In this document: piece by piece, positions 38,494 to 53,070 of the stretch
Layout: each line of letters begins with the position of its first letter
Position numbering within the stretch: position 1 is the first letter of the stretch
Assembly: GCA_043228905.1 (NCBI GenBank)
Contig: JBHGNT010000015.1
Location: forward strand, 12,648,001-12,712,000
Length of the DNA stretch: 64,000 nucleotides
Direction of reading: 5' to 3'
Origin: Azolla caroliniana
Lineage: Eukaryota; Plantae; Polypodiophyta
Notes under the pieces: generated by a model
Database searches by the model: none
What the model was told of the DNA's origin: nothing
Seen by the model: only the letters and a program-made list of their open reading frames with translations
Translations under genes and position numbers: made by a program

Positions 38494-38750
38494 ATGGCTG
38501 ATTCACTTGATGTTAATGGCTATTGGGGACCCACTACTTTGAGCACAACTTGTGAGATGCACTATGTGGTATCTTCTTATATAGCAGAGTTTTACAATAC
38601 AATCTCGAATGTGCCATTTTTGCTCTTGGGTACGCTAGGCTTGATCAACTCACTAAGGCAGAGCTTTGAAAAGAGATTCAGCATCCTAAATCTTGCAACT
38701 ATGGTGGTGGGTTTGGGCAGTATGCTCTTCCATGGCACATTGTACCATGC
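38494..38750 (+). CDS. ACER: Alkaline (phyto)ceramidase, coding exon 1
   Basis: YWGPTT...CEMHY.VSSYIAEFYNTISN...GSMLFHGTL; phase-2 donor GC|GTAAGT. Confidence 0.95.
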
Positions 38751-39153
38751 GTAAGTAATTAACTCTTGAAATACCCACTTTTTTGTAATATCTAGATGAT
38801 GTTTAAAATAATTTCCTTATTGAGATTGAAAAATATTTAGGAGTCAATATGAGTTTAGAAATAGAAAATACAAATTCATTTTATATCATTATTGGTATTT
38901 CAACATAACATTTGGCTTCATATGGGTGTGTTAGTAGTCATTAGTGTATTGAATACATGAAGTAAAGCTTGCAGAGATGGTATTTCTTTCCTTGAATGTG
39001 TTTCTTACGTAACCTTGTGAATATGCCCTATAGGCATTTTTCTTAAACTGTTTGTTGAAAACTAAAAGAAGAAACACTCTAATAAATGGAAACCTGGAAT
39101 GCTGCCAGTAATTGATGGTGATATATGCTTAAAAGGAACCACCATTTGATGTT

Positions 39154-39447
39154 CAAGTTTGATAGTTGAAAAGTGAAAAGTCCTCATTGCAGAGCATGTT
39201 TACCCGTGAATTCAATGAGCATTAGTCCAAGTTGCATTCTGTCTTAGTTCTTTGGCACACTGATTCATGGAAAAACTGAGAGCATAACCTCCAAAGGGTT
39301 CCAAGTTAGATGGTCAAAAAGCCAAAAGTCCTTATTTCAGAGCAAGTTAACCCATGAGTTCTGTGGACATTAGTCCAAGTTGCATTCTGTCTTGACTCTT
39401 TAGCACTGATTCATGGAAAAATGGAAGCATAACTTCCGAAGGGTTCT
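39154..39447. repeat. Diverged tandem duplication, period 148 bp
   Basis: CATTAGTCCAAGTTGCATTCTGTCTT...CTGATTCATGGAAAAA occurs twice. Confidence 0.8.
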
Positions 39448-42400
39448 AGATATAATCTATCAGGTTTGAATCTGCAGTCCTCAGATCATGAGCATGAGTG
39501 CTCACTTACTCTACCTGGCAATTGGTCCCTCTCTGCAGAAGGTTTTTCTGTATGATAGATCAAACTCTTGAAACAAAATTGTGAAATCTTGGAATTATAA
39601 AAATGATTAATTTCTCACCTGTAGTGCTCAGAGTCCATTAATACAGAATAAACATACATGGTGCTGGTTTGGGAACTCAATTTCAAAATAGAAAGATTCG
39701 TTTTATTTTATGAGCTTCACTTAGTTTCCTTTTTAAAAAAAACACATACCATATCTTTTTGAAACTATTATAGGTTCTTGAGACTTGGGCATAGATGATT
39801 TTACTACTGATTCCATGGCATCTGCTTCACAATATGTATCAAGTAGTTACTTGTCTATATTCATGCAAACCCTTCCAAATGCATGTGTCATTACATGTTA
39901 GTGGGGGATAGGAAAGCTCCAAAACATCAGATATCAGAGAAAGGGATCCAGTGAAAACAGTTACATCCTGACTTTGTCTTGTGGTTTCCACGGATAATAG
40001 CATTGGCACATGGCTATCTTTAGAAACCATTATATTATATGCTTGATGACGTTTTTTAATTGAAGGAAATGTTGTGTATGAAGCCAAAATTTTGAGAGCT
40101 TGAGCTGAAATATGGATATTATTTCTTAATTGGGAGAAAGAAAGACATTATTGAATACACAGAACTGGCTTCTCTAAATAATGTGAAAGTATGCTAGACG
40201 ATTTGCATATGAAATCTATGAACTTTGGCAGTTCTCCTAGTTGTAAACATCTAGAGTAGGTGCGTAGAAAATGATATCCTTACTATATCCTTTAGAGACT
40301 CAATAATTCGTGGCATTATTTCAAACCACTTGCCAATGCAGATGCTTCTAAGGATTAAAGAGAGAAAATGAACTGTGGAAACCGATCATAACAGACAATG
40401 CAGCTGATGATGGCTGATTTGTGATACATGCAAGTGGATACCAAGGTACTAAAGATTCTGAAGCAGTTAAACAGTTAAGTCACAAAGACACGCTAATACT
40501 TAATCAGCAATGAAGTGTATGGTTATTGTGCAGTTCAATAATGGATATTAGAACATCAATTTCATGGTATTGTTACATTTTTGGTGGTAGATCCTTGTTG
40601 GCTGAGTTAGAAACAAACTGCTGTATTGACTTCTTCCACTGAATCAGACTACTAAACAAAGTGTAATGCATTACTAATCTGAAGCAATATGGCTACTGCG
40701 AATAATGAAGAAAAAGAGAGAAATAATTATGTCTGTTAGATGCTGAAATCTATCTATAGACAAATCATGATCACTAGTATGAATAGCGTCTGGTTATCCA
40801 TACTGAAAATATAATAGAAGGGTTTATTCCATGTTCCCAAAGGGAAGTAGGTCAGAATTTTCCATTTGTTGTAGGATGTACTTGACAAGGACTGTAAACT
40901 ACTTTCTAATGTGCATATGGGCTGTGCATCTGCACATGAAGTATTCCTTGAGACTTGCTCACAAGACTTCCTTAACATAACTTGTAAATTATGTCTGCTG
41001 CTGTCTCTCAGGTTTTTTCCTTGAGCTGGTTAGAGGAAACTTTTGAATTAGCTGATTGCCTTTCTTGCACTATAGGAGATGTGGTTTCCATATTTTATGC
41101 TGCGAATCTGGCTCAGTATACGAAGAAGAAATTCTCTTGTATGTAGAGTTCACATAGGTTGGCCATAGGACTTTTCACAATAGTTATTCCTTTCATCAGC
41201 CTTGAAGGGTGTGAAGTATCTGCATAGTGGGAGGTGTTGAGTGTAGAGGTCGTTGAATGTGCATCAATTGGGATATTCCACCCTCTCATGTTGTCATTTG
41301 TGTCAATGCTTTGTATGCTTCATGTATGATCAGTGAGGTGGCATGATCAAGATGTGGTTGAATGATGTTTCCACCATTTAGGGATCGTGGCATATCAGCT
41401 GGAATGACGTAATACAGAAGAGAGGCTTTTATATCTATCAAAAGGGACAGCTATTAATAGTATGAAAATCCTTGGATAATGACCTAGTTCCTGAATTATG
41501 GTTCCTCTGTGACGGCTCTATTTTTCTTGGATTTTCTTTGGGGACTGCATGTTTTTATCAGAAATCTGTAGTAGTATCCTTTCTCTTGTTTTCCATACCC
41601 CCCTACCAGATCATGTGACAGGTGTCACTGACCTGGATTTTCTTAGGGATTGCATGCTTTGTTTTCAGAAGTCTGTAGTATCCCTTCTCTTGTTTACCAA
41701 ACCCCGCTTTCAGATCATGTTACAGGTGTGCCTCATTGCCCTGGATTTTTTGTAAAGCTAAACCTCCTCCAGACATTCTGCTCGATGTTAGGTGCGGTGC
41801 GGTGTCATTGCTTGACAATTTAATTTATTCTGCTATAAATCCACTTATGAACTATTCAGAATGAATCAATGCAATTACCATGTTTAGTGTGTGAATGGTT
41901 AATGGTTTGTCTAGGCAGTATGGATGTATTGGATATTTGTACAATATAGAGATTGTTTCAGATGTATAAGCCAAGATCGTGCCTCATTTGGCACAAATCT
42001 CTCCCATTGAGCAGGATACATGGTATTGGTTTCTTAACTTTAGTTTTCCACTATTTCTACACCCATCTCATTGCAAGTATCACTACATTTTGTCTTCCCT
42101 TCACCTACTCTTTGAGCTGCATCAACATGATTCAGTATTGGCTCTAAGTGGCAAAACCTGATCGTCAAAGACACCCGCCATTCTATTACCTCAACCATTC
42201 TTTCTTATCTTCAGGGATTCAGTAGTGGGGCTTCTATGCATGCATCTTTTGGTGATCTGGTCTTCCTGAAGTCCTGTAGACATATGTGCGTCATAATAGC
42301 AATAAAATTTGTTTTAAGAGAATATATCAGAACATTTGGAACAGGTGAAGTCTGCTAGGCTCTAAAACATGTTTCAAACTTGTTTTGGTGATAATACAAG

Positions 42401-43589
42401 CCATTGAAATATTCACAAAAAAAATCCATGTAAAGATAATACGAGGTGCATATGAGCCATTTTGATCAAGTTGGAGAGGATACTAGGTGCATTGAGTCTT
42501 AGGAGCCATTCCCTTGATCGATATTAGGGATGAGGCAGAAATCTACAAAGATATACATACACCATCTTATTTTGTTTTTGCGCCTTTGCTTGGTTCACCA
42601 AGCTATGTGTAGAGAGAGAGAGTTCTTGTTTAGATATGGTTCTACATTGCAGAGGAGAGAGAATACAATAGAATTGATGTTTTATCGTCCATGATGAAGC
42701 CAATTTTGATGTATGGGACCAAATCAACATATCAACTTGTAGGGGGGTGACTACTCTATAGCAAAAACTCCCGATGTGAAAATAATGCACACAAATATGT
42801 GCTCACCCTTGGTGGAATTTTGAGAATGATATCACATTATCATGCCCGTCTAATAAGTCATCATATTTCTCTTGAATTACCTTATACACCGAGCATGCAA
42901 TAAGTAAATGAGATACGTCCAACCACTAGGTTTTCATTGCATGCCTTGCATATCTTCATGTTTGTGTGATGATTCCATGATGCTATCTCGACACCTAACT
43001 TATGTGAGTGAGTGCGATGCGATTGGATACGTCTTGGCATTTTTTTGTTGTATTGGGGGTTAATATTTGCAATGTAATATTCCAAATTTGATATTTTAGC
43101 ATCTTGGCCGCTTCATCCTTAGTGCCTCTAGTAATGTATCCTCAATGATCACATATATAGAGATAAGTTTGGATTAGTTCAGAGAATTACCAAACATTTA
43201 GTTTTTTCTTTTTTTAGAGGATTTAGAAGGTTCAGCTTGGTGGGGGTGATTGACTTGTACATCTAGAAATAATCTCAATCTCGAGTATATTTCTATCTAT
43301 GCGAATCATGAGTATTTGGAACTATCCTCAATGATCACATACATACATATAAGTTTGGATCAGTTCAGAGAATTACCAAACAATTTGTTTTTTCTTTTTT
43401 TAGAGGATTTAGAAGGTTCAGCTTTGGTGGGAGGGAGCGGGAGGGATTAACGTCTTTTAAGAGGTCAAAATGGCCTATAAGACTGAACAAGAGATTACAT
43501 CTTAAGTGTTGTTGCGTCTTTGAGAACAATGAATCAAAATAAAATAAATATAAAAGTAAATAAGATAAAAAGAGACGAGGGAATCTGGT

Positions 43590-44050
43590 TTTCGACACAT
43601 CTGAGATTCTCAAGTTAGATATATTATAACTTTTGTCTTTGAAAGATCTCTAGCACATCTCTATCCAGAATGGAGAGGTCTCCAAAGCAAAGGAAGCACC
43701 TGCGATGGTGGGAGATAATGGCCTTTATTTGTCAATCACGAGGGTGCTGAGGTTGTAGTGGGGCTAGGGCCTACATGCACGACAAATTGCTATTGCCCGA
43801 TCTATTGTAACCCCTTTGTTATGTCCTGGTTGGGAGCTCATTTGTGTATCCCTTGATTGACTTGTAGCATTAGGAGTGATGGGGCTAAAGAAAGTTGTGA
43901 TTGTTCTTTGTGGATGACCTTGTCTGGCTGTATTATTGTCCTTCAACAACTTTTCCCTATGTCTCTTGAGTTCTAGCAAGAAAAGTCCTAGGCCAAAGCC
44001 TTGTTTAAAGAGGCAATGGTATCTCTCTCTGATTTAATAAAAGACACTAA
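43590..44050 (-). mobile_element. LINE 3'-end fragment
   Basis: RYHCLFKQGFG...LFLLELKRHREK...QRTITTFF; homologous to 48700-49170. Confidence 0.7.
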
Positions 44051-44589
44051 CAGAGAGAGAGAGAGAGAAAAGAAAGAAAGATATATTAACGTCTTCTTAA
44101 GGTCAAAATTGGCCCATGAGATAGTTGGTTTACAACAAAATGGGTATTTATCCAATCATTAGAATTAAAATAAAATAAAGTAAAAATAGAACTTAAACTA
44201 AAAGAGTTATATTAGTGTACAAAATATGGTATACTCGATAAAGGGAAGTGACTTTGCACTAAGCCTAATTTCATTTCCACCCAAGCCTCTTCAAAAGAAG
44301 TGGGAGGTCAAAGGGTTTTGGTGTGGGTGAGACCCATGGTCTCAGTGTATAGAGTGCCCCAGCCATGGCTTCTATGCGGTGTAGCTCATGTTCCCTTATT
44401 TTCTTTATTGCTTCTACACCACGTCGAGTTGCTTTGAAACCCGGCATCCGAGGGCGTCTCGTTCTTCGTTGGTTTTTTGCTTCATCAAGGAAAAGGCCGA
44501 GTGGTGTAGGCGTGTCGACATTCGTTGTCTCCCCCTGTTCTTGAAAAACTTCATTTCTTACATGTTGGTGAACATTAGCAACATTATTG

Positions 44590-46950
44590 TCAGCATTTTG
44601 TAACTTATTCTCTCTGTGTTGTTTTAGCTCTAGGTTGTATCTGCCTAATTTCTTTATATCTAGAGTATCTAATAGTTTGGGGAGGGTAGGAGAGGAACCA
44701 AGTATGTCTTGATATTTTGCCCTTATCCCGGCATAGGTGGGACACTTGCATGTAAAGTGGTACTCATCCTCTATCTCTATATGGCATAACCTACATATCC
44801 TTTCCTCCCTAGGGACTCCATTAGTACGACCATTCTCAATCTCAAGTTAGCGAGATGATATCCTAAGTTGTCCAATGGCAACCCTTAGTGCATGTGGTAA
44901 GAATACATCTAGATATTTTGGCCGCGTAATAAAACCTAACTTAGAGAAGTGCATAAAGTGTTTCGTATAGTACAACATTTTAGATGGGAGTGACTCTAGT
45001 GGGGTGATCCATTTATACCGAGTGTAAATTTGCCATATTTCTTGGCGTATTACTTTATTGCGGTCCTCATGAGAGATGAAAGTGTTATCAATCGTGTGGT
45101 TGTACCTAAGGAGAGGGAGGTTATTAATGTCTAGACCGTTCGCAAGAAGCCAACTCACCATCATGCCATACCATGAGCTAGTATAGCCGGACTCTATACA
45201 ATGATAGAGAGGCCTTAAAGGTTTGATAGGATATTCTATCATGTGGTTGGCTATGTATTTTGTGGATAAAGACTACAAGTTGAAAAAGTGCCTCTACTAA
45301 CATTGGGGGTAAAGTGAACTCAGCCCTAATAATGTAATGTGGTATTGTCGATTTGCTTTGGAGTTGGCGTGATAACATTATCACCAATGGTCTCTCTAAT
45401 TGCGTCCACATGAAAGACGGTAGTTTGGAGCCCAAACCACTGATGCATGCTTGTGTCATCGAAAATTTACCTTAGCGGCCATTGAAAGTGACTTCGAGAT
45501 AGACATATGATCCAACCACCTCAACTGGGATATGGGAGATAGTTAGGTGACACTTAGTTCTAACTTGGGCCGATGTGTGGAAGATTAGTTTTCCTTAGAT
45601 TCACTGCCAATCCTCGTTGTGCGTAGAGGTCATCTAAGGCATTAAGGTGCCTTTGTAGGTCATGTTCGAATTCAGAGAGCAAAATTATGTCGTTTGCATA
45701 GAGCAAGATACGAACTTGCATATCCCAGGGACTACATTGCCTCCCTTACGAGCAATAAAATCTGTGATCTCATCAATGTAGATCCCAAAAAGAGTCAGAG
45801 ATAGGGGGCAAACCTTGTTTTACACCAATAGTACTAGTGAAACAATTGGATAGGCCATATGGGCATCAAACACACCTGGACACTTGTTCATATAGTGCGT
45901 AGATGGCCCAAACCATGTCATTTGGTATCCTCAAGCTTTTAAGCCTATCAAACAAACGCTCTCCAAGGCATAGATCCTAATCTACCTTGATTGGAGTGTT
46001 TCGTATATGGGAAATTGCTAACTACTGCGGAATGAAGGATGTGTGTGAGTTTCGTACTAAGGCTCTCTAAAGTAGGGAGGGATCAAGGGAGGAGAGATGG
46101 GCTTGAACATGTCGAGAGTATATGTCAGAGAGCTCATGTGTGAAATGTATTGTGGTGTGATGGCGTGGTTGACTATATTTTGTGATGTTAGAGATATTGC
46201 ATTTTAGCTCGAAGTATAAGAAACTATGATCCGCGTCAATAGGGCATGGGGCCACCCGTAAGGAGTTAAACATGTGGGTAGCTTCAGGGCGTCCTATTAG
46301 ATAATCAATTGTGCTTTCCCCTCCTCCATGTGGGAAACATCTGAGCTCTTCCGAGCCTGGCCACTTGGCTAAACCATTATATATGACCATCCGGTGCTGA
46401 TTGCCAAGTTCGAGCAAAATGATGGCCAAAGCTCGTGGCGTCCGCACCTTGATCCTTTGATCTACGTGTGGTGCCTATGTCTAAAGGATCGACATTTACC
46501 ATTTCTAGGTTTCCATTCATTTGAAATACTGTGCATTGTCGGGATTGGGTTCTCGCATTGAAGTCTCCTACGAGGAATACTTCTCCTTGGGAAGAATATC
46601 GGATTATGTCATCCGATAGAGGTTCATATGGGGAAGGCCCATGTGGCACTCCTTCATCAACTAATCTCGCCTCGCCAGCTAGATTATAGTGAGATCCTTT
46701 TGGGGGAAAGTAACAAATGGCGAAAAATATTGCCTTGTCCTTGCTTGTGGAGACTTTCACCCACATAAAACGAGCTTCTGGGCCTATCCTCAATATTTCT
46801 ATCCTATTATGTAGCTCTCTTTCACCCACACCTCCAGATCCCCTGGTAGTGCATCGACGTGAGGTTTGTCTAAAAGTGGACTCCCAATGAAATCCTTCAA
46901 CTCGTGGGAGTCCTCTATTTGGGCTTTGGTGTGTTTCTACCAAGAGAATA
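44590..46950 (-). mobile_element. Decayed LINE ORF2 (EN about 45970-46950; RT and C-terminus about 44590-45970)
   Basis: FLVGDFNART, GGGESTIDYLIG, DADH; GVKQG...LSLTLFG, LLYANDI; LRVAIGQLRISS. EN is homologous to 33060-33900. Confidence 0.85.
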
Positions 46951-48680
46951 TTATCGTCTCTGGAGGTTAAATATGACCTATGAGACCAAAAATATTACTT
47001 TTCACGTGATACGTGTCAAAGTGAGTAGTGACTCTCCATGTTCAAGAACTTTACCAATGAATGTTGCAATCGAGAGTGCACACTGTGGTTGGGAGAGGAA
47101 TTCATGCAAGGATTAGGCTCGGTCGAAGAGATGCGGAAAGCATGGTCGAATATGATCAAAGGCAGAGCATTGTATCAAAGTGTGATACCTAGACTCGTGA
47201 ACTTGTTTAGGGCAAAGTGTCCATAGCTGACCACTCTCATCACTTGTGCTCCAACGCCCTGTCTCACATCGCAATGCATGTGAGCTAAGTTGCATGGAAG
47301 CAATGGTTTGAATGGTAGATAACTGTATGGGCTCTAACATGTATCGATGTGTATGATTTCCCCGTTCCGCAAAGAATATGGTTTTGTAGTTAGGTGCAAC
47401 ATGAGTAGTATAATGTGTGAAGTGTGAGCCTCCACATTTGTCCCATGTCATTATACATTGACGTTCCAAAAAGGTCTCGTTTACAGAGGAATCTAATGAT
47501 GCATCATGAAGCAAGTGTCTCGCATCCCATCTACCAAACCATTTTTCTATATCTTGTATCCAACCGGAACACAAAATTTTGCTTTTATGCATCTTTTGGA
47601 TCTTTTTGCTTGCTTCCCATGCAATTCTAAGAAGTCGATGTGAGGGACTTTTTCGAACCTTAAGCATGTATTCAACAACCCTTTCCATGGCCATGATCTC
47701 AATGGGAAGCGATCCCGTCTTAAGGAGGAGGAGGGTGTAGGGCGTTTGTTTCTTAACTTGTAGAAACTTTGTAAGAAAATGTTTTTGGACATTGTCAAAC
47801 TCTTTCCACATAGATTTAGGGATGCTACCACCCAATACTTCCACCCTATAGAGAAGAACAAGATATTTCTTGAGGACCCAACACTTAATATCTCCAAGAT
47901 TGCATGTGTTCTCAAATGCATAGTATGCTCGCTTACCTGCCTCTAAGCGGCGTGTAGCACATTCATTCCATCTATGATTTGAAGGAACTCCAAGGCCAAG
48001 ATATTTGAAGCTTTCCACACATTCAAGTGGCTCATTGTTGTACATAATGCATGGTTTATCTCTTTTTTGGCTCTTCACAAACATAATATTTGTTTTAGAG
48101 CTATTGACACTTAATTTAGTATGCATGCAATTTTTTTCCAATGCCTTCAGAAGCTTTTGTGCATCTCCTAAAGTATTTGCAAAAAGCACTACATCATCAG
48201 CATATAGCAAAAGCATAATCACAACATTCCCAATGACAACTTCTTCAACACATTCTTCCATTGCAAAATTGGTAACCATTTCTTCCAATTCATCAATGCA
48301 TATACCAAATAGTGTTGGTGAGAGTAGGCATCCTTGCTTATGACCAATAGTGCTTTTGAAAAAATCTGAAAGTTTATCTCTTATACAGACACAACATATA
48401 ACCTTCTCATAAATTCGGGAAATTGCAAGCATATATTCACTTGGCACCTCAAGTTCTTCCATTCGCCTCCAAAGATGCTCACGAGGTACCATATCAAAAG
48501 CTTTCTTGAAGTCTACAAAGCAACAATATAAACCTTACCTCTAAGGCTACTTTCCTCCATTAATACTCGAAGGGTGACAAGATGATCAATGATGCTATGG
48601 TGTTTTCGAAAGCCAGCTTGTCCATAAGCTCTCTTAACATTTTTTTCTGCCCATACACTTATCTTTGATTCCATTATACA
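46951..48680 (-). mobile_element. 5'-truncated LINE RT of a second family
   Basis: FVDFKKAFDMVPR, KQGCLLSPTLF, LLYADDVVL, FKYLG, HALRCETGRW. Confidence 0.9.
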
Positions 48681-48689
48681 TGTGACCAA

Positions 48690-49780
48690 AGAATCTCATC
48701 ATCTATACATTTAAGATTCTCAAGTTAGATTATTGTAATTTTGTCTTTGAAAGATCTCTACTATAGGCCATTCCAGATTGGAGATATCTCTGAAGCGAGG
48801 AAAGCACCTGCAATGACAAGATATAATGGCCTTTTTATCTTTTGATGACAAGGGTGGTGAGATTTTTGTCCCCAATGCTGGGGCCCACAAGCACTACTAA
48901 TTGCCATTGCCCAATCTATTGTAACCCATGTGCAATGTCTTTGTTGGCAGCGCATTTATCTAGTAGCCCTCGCTTGACTTGCAGCATGAGTAAGAGAGAT
49001 GGGGCTAGATTGCTCTTTGTTGATGAGCTTGTGTGGCTATATTGCTGTCTTCCAGCAACTTTTCTCCATGTCTCAATGAGTTCTAGCAAGAAATACTCTA
49101 GGCAATGTTGATCCTCATATTCCATTACCCTATGTAGTGGGCCAAAGCCTTGCTTAAAGAGGCGTTGGTATGCCTAACAATTGGCAATGGTTTGGTTTGA
49201 ACTGAACCACGAAATAACGGCTTAACGGTTTAAATTGTTCAATTCGGTTTAAAGGGTTGAAACCATGGTTTAAACGTTTTGATGGTTTAGGGTTGCTTGT
49301 TGATTTTCTTTTTAATATTTTTTTAAACAACCTTTTCATTTTTAAGCCTAATTCTCACATTTTAGGAAAAATCTTCAAATTTCTGAAAAAATAAAAATTG
49401 AAAAATTGAAAAATTGAATTTTTGACCTAACTTGAAAACCAAAACCAAACCACGAAATCGCGGTTTTAACAGCTTAATGGTTTAACAGTTTAGATTTTTT
49501 GTAATGATTTGGTTTAAATCATTTGTGGTTTGGTTTGGTTTGGTTCAAGTTTTTTAATATTTAAACGGTTCATTTTCAAACCGGTTTGGTTTTGACACTC
49601 AAACCGAACTGAACTGTTCTCGATTGTTAGGTATGTCCCCCTTGTTTCATAAAAACTAGTACAATGACAAATGTTGTGTTCTTCAGATTCCACTCCCTGA
49701 TGGCACAATTGGCAAATTCTTCCTTCTAGATATATTTGTGCATATCTGCCTACCTCTATCTCCATGCCATGTGACTCAGA
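48690..49780 (-). mobile_element. LINE C-terminal fragment split by the MITE at 49175
   Basis: IEVGRY...RICQLCHQGVESEEH.ICHC...RG|YQRLFKQGFGPL reads across the MITE. Confidence 0.75.
49175..49629. mobile_element. hAT-like MITE, same family as 5646-6147, inverted
   Basis: TIR TAACAATTGGCAATGGTT / AACTGTTCTCGATTGTTA; 8-bp TSD GGTATGCC/GGTATGTC. Confidence 0.88.
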
Positions 49781-50379
49781 CTATTCTTGCGTTTCAGCAT
49801 ACCGACAATGAATATCTCCAGGTTCTGCAAGCTCTTTTGATATATAAGCTTCGATCTTGAGTACCTTCATTTAGGGAGTTTCCAAAGCCGCTTCAATATT
49901 TGTTACTGATCGATATAATGATGTGATGATTATTGGGGCACCTATGCTTTGCGCCTTATCATGCTGGTAATCATTGAGATTAAAGGTCTCTCTAAATCTT
50001 CCCAGGTATTTGTCTTGTTATGACTCGGTCCCTAGGTTTCTACCCCATAGAGAAGAGTTGGTGTGACAAGTGAATCAAATAGGCAAAATTTAGTTCGTGG
50101 TTTTTCAAACTGCACATGTGCACTGTCTCTCAAGAACGCCGTGGGCTGCATATCCTCAAGAAAGTCCAGCACAAAAGCAACCTGTTGTAAGGAGATCAAA
50201 TACCTTGTGAATGTTACTTGTAGGTGTGTAGGAGGATTGTGTGTATATCATCTTTTCCTCTCCAAAGAAGATTCTGGTTTTGATCTTTTGTTTTATCCAT
50301 GTTTACGTCAAACCTGTCTATACAAAATACTTTTAAGGCGTTTAAATTTCTTTGTAGTCCCTCCGGAGTGTTGGAGATC

Positions 50380-51200
50380 AGCTCAGCACAATATCATCAG
50401 TATATAGTAATATTTGCATGGCTATACTTGCTATTGCATGCTCTGGAACTGTTAAATCTCTTTATGTAATGTGATTCCTGATCTATATTGAGACCAAAGA
50501 GGGTGGGTGTTAGTGGATATCCTTGTTTTTCTCCAATTTTGCTAGAAACAGCCTTCGGCATTCCATTGGGAGACTGCATCTTTCCTGACAAGGATTCATA
50601 CAGTGCATAGATTCCCCATTGCATATCTATAGGAAAACCAAGGGCTTCTAATTGCTGCATGATCTGAGCACATGGCACTGTATTGAAGGATTTTCAAAAA
50701 TATTCAAAGCATCTCGTCTAATTATGGGATCTGCCCTCGATAAGGGTTTGGAGGGTTAATATCTCATCATGAACCTCTTCTGAACGTCTGCAGGTGAAGG
50801 ACAACCATTTCACTCTGCCCATACACTTGATTCTGCTACATGATTTTCTATAATTGTTTGGTGCCATGGGGTTTCCACTCTTGAAGATTGGCACAATGGT
50901 ATGTTCTATCCAGCTAGTAAGGAAACCTTCACACACAACTCTATTATAAATTGTCACAGGCACAGATAAAGTGCTCACCTGCCAATCTAACATGAACTTG
51001 GGCCTTCCAAATTGTAACTAATTAATGGCATTTCTTACATTTTGTTGAGTAAAATGGTTGATTCACATGGGTGTGGGGCTTGAGCCATAGCCATGTGGGT
51101 GGTGGCTGCTTGGGGATATCGTATAATAGCTTTTGTGTATTCATGCCACACCTGAGGTGAGGTCAGTTGTGTGATAGGTTGACTCATTAAACCTTTTTGA
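50380..51200 (-). mobile_element. Highly decayed LINE RT fragment
   Basis: TIVPIFKSGNPMAPNNYR, GEKQGYPLTPTLFG. Confidence 0.75.
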
Positions 51201-51439
51201 TGCTCTTTTATTCTCGTCCTAGTAACAAGTGATACACAGTTGCTTCAAATATAGCTAAATATGAGCTCTTCTTTTTCCTCGTGAGGCGTTGGCAGGTTGC
51301 TCTTGCTTTTGTGTGTATAAATACATTCCTTGTATCACGACATTCCTCATCATACTAACTATTTTGTTGAGTGAGAGAGAAAGAGAGAGACAGAGAGAGA
51401 GAAAGAAAGAGAGGAGACTAATTATTCAGTATATTGCAG

Positions 51440-51950
51440 TCTTCAACAATTCGAAGAAACCCCGATGGTCTGGTTGATGCTGATGTATTTCTATGTCCTT
51501 TACTCCCCTGACTGGCACTATCGAAGCACTATGCCAACTGTGCTTTTCATTTATGCATCAATCTTTGCAGCCGTCCACTACCAGATTCGGTTCATTTTAA
51601 GCTACCAAATTCATTACTTCTTTTTGGGATTGCTTTGTTTACCCAGAATGTACAAATATTACATTCACACAACAGATGTACATGCTAAACGGTTGGCTCA
51701 TATGTATGTGTTCACCATGGTATTAGGGTGCGGTTGTTGGTTATTGGATTGGGCCTTCTGTGATGAAATCCGAGTATGGCCGGTCAACCCTCATGGGCAT
51801 GCATGGTGGCATTTCTTGATTGGGCTAGATGCTTTCTTTGCCAACACATACTTGCAGTTTTGTCGTGCTCAGCAGCTCAATTGGAATCCAGAGTTACATT
51901 ATTTTTGTGGGTTGCCATATGTTAAGATATCTAAACCCAAATTACAGTGA
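51440..51950 (+). CDS. ACER: Alkaline (phyto)ceramidase, coding exon 2
   Basis: Acceptor TGCAG|T in matching phase; ETPM, YSPDWHYRSTMP, NPHGHAWWH, LPYVKI. Spliced CDS is 768 nt = 255 aa. Confidence 0.95.
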
Positions 51951-53070
51951 TGATGAAGTGTTCACTGTACAATAGCTGTAATTGGTTGAGCTGTTGCAGA
52001 ATTGTTCGTATTGGATTTTTTAGTGTTTGCCTTTTTTTTTACTAAGTTACGTATTTTTCCTGTATCATTCTTGGTTTGGGTCTTGTACATATTCTTTAGT
52101 TCATTGTAGATACACGGCAAGGTATTTTTCGTATGCGTTATAGTAGAGGTATATGTAGCTTGTTGGATTGTATCTCAATGAATGGAATCGACTCATTAAT
52201 TATTGCGGCACAAGTGTGAGTGCAAGTGTATTTCATGTTATCTTTATGGGATTCTCTGTTGGATTGTACATTGTGGGAAAATTTTGACTAAGCTTGGCTA
52301 AAATGTCCAGGTGAGGTATTTAATTTTGTATGTTAAAAGTATATTGTTGCTTTCCGGAACAACATTTCCTCTAGTCTCTTGAAAGTTGTTTTTCATAAGA
52401 GATTGCTGTGCGTATGTGCATAACCCTAGGCATATTGTCTAACACTTGTCCTCCATTTCTTTTGAATGGCAGGCAATTTTTCAATATTTATTTTGGGTTT
52501 ATAAAACATTCCATCAGCATAAGTTTGAATGCTACTCTTTTTAAGATGAGACTTTTGTGAAGGCTTTATTTAGGCTTGTGTACTATATTTTGTAATGGAG
52601 AAATTTTAGGAGCTGAGCTTATGAGTTGGCCTTGTTGCATTCTTTTAAAGTTTGTTCCATGTTTGTGTGCAGATATAATGAGTTGAATAGCAAGTTCCAC
52701 AATCAATGGTAGATTTTTATTTGAGGGTCTACTATGCCAAACAACTATCTCAAAGTGCTTGATGTTGGTTACTGGCCTTCTATGTGACTGCCCTAGTGTA
52801 TGATATTAACTTATTCTACAAGAAGATGTCAAGGAAAACATTTGGAGAAGCTCAAATAGGAAGTCAACGACTGTCCACATTATAGTTTGCATAAAGAGAT
52901 GTTCAAGTGTCTTTATCTATTATAAACTTTTCTCTCACCATCATAAAGTTGTGGTAGGTACTTTTACACAGTTTGCATTCTCTTGTCCTAGAATATTGTA
53001 AATAACTTCAAACCATGAAAGTGTAGTTAAAAAAATGCGTATTTTATGTTTAAAATATATTTTAAAATAC

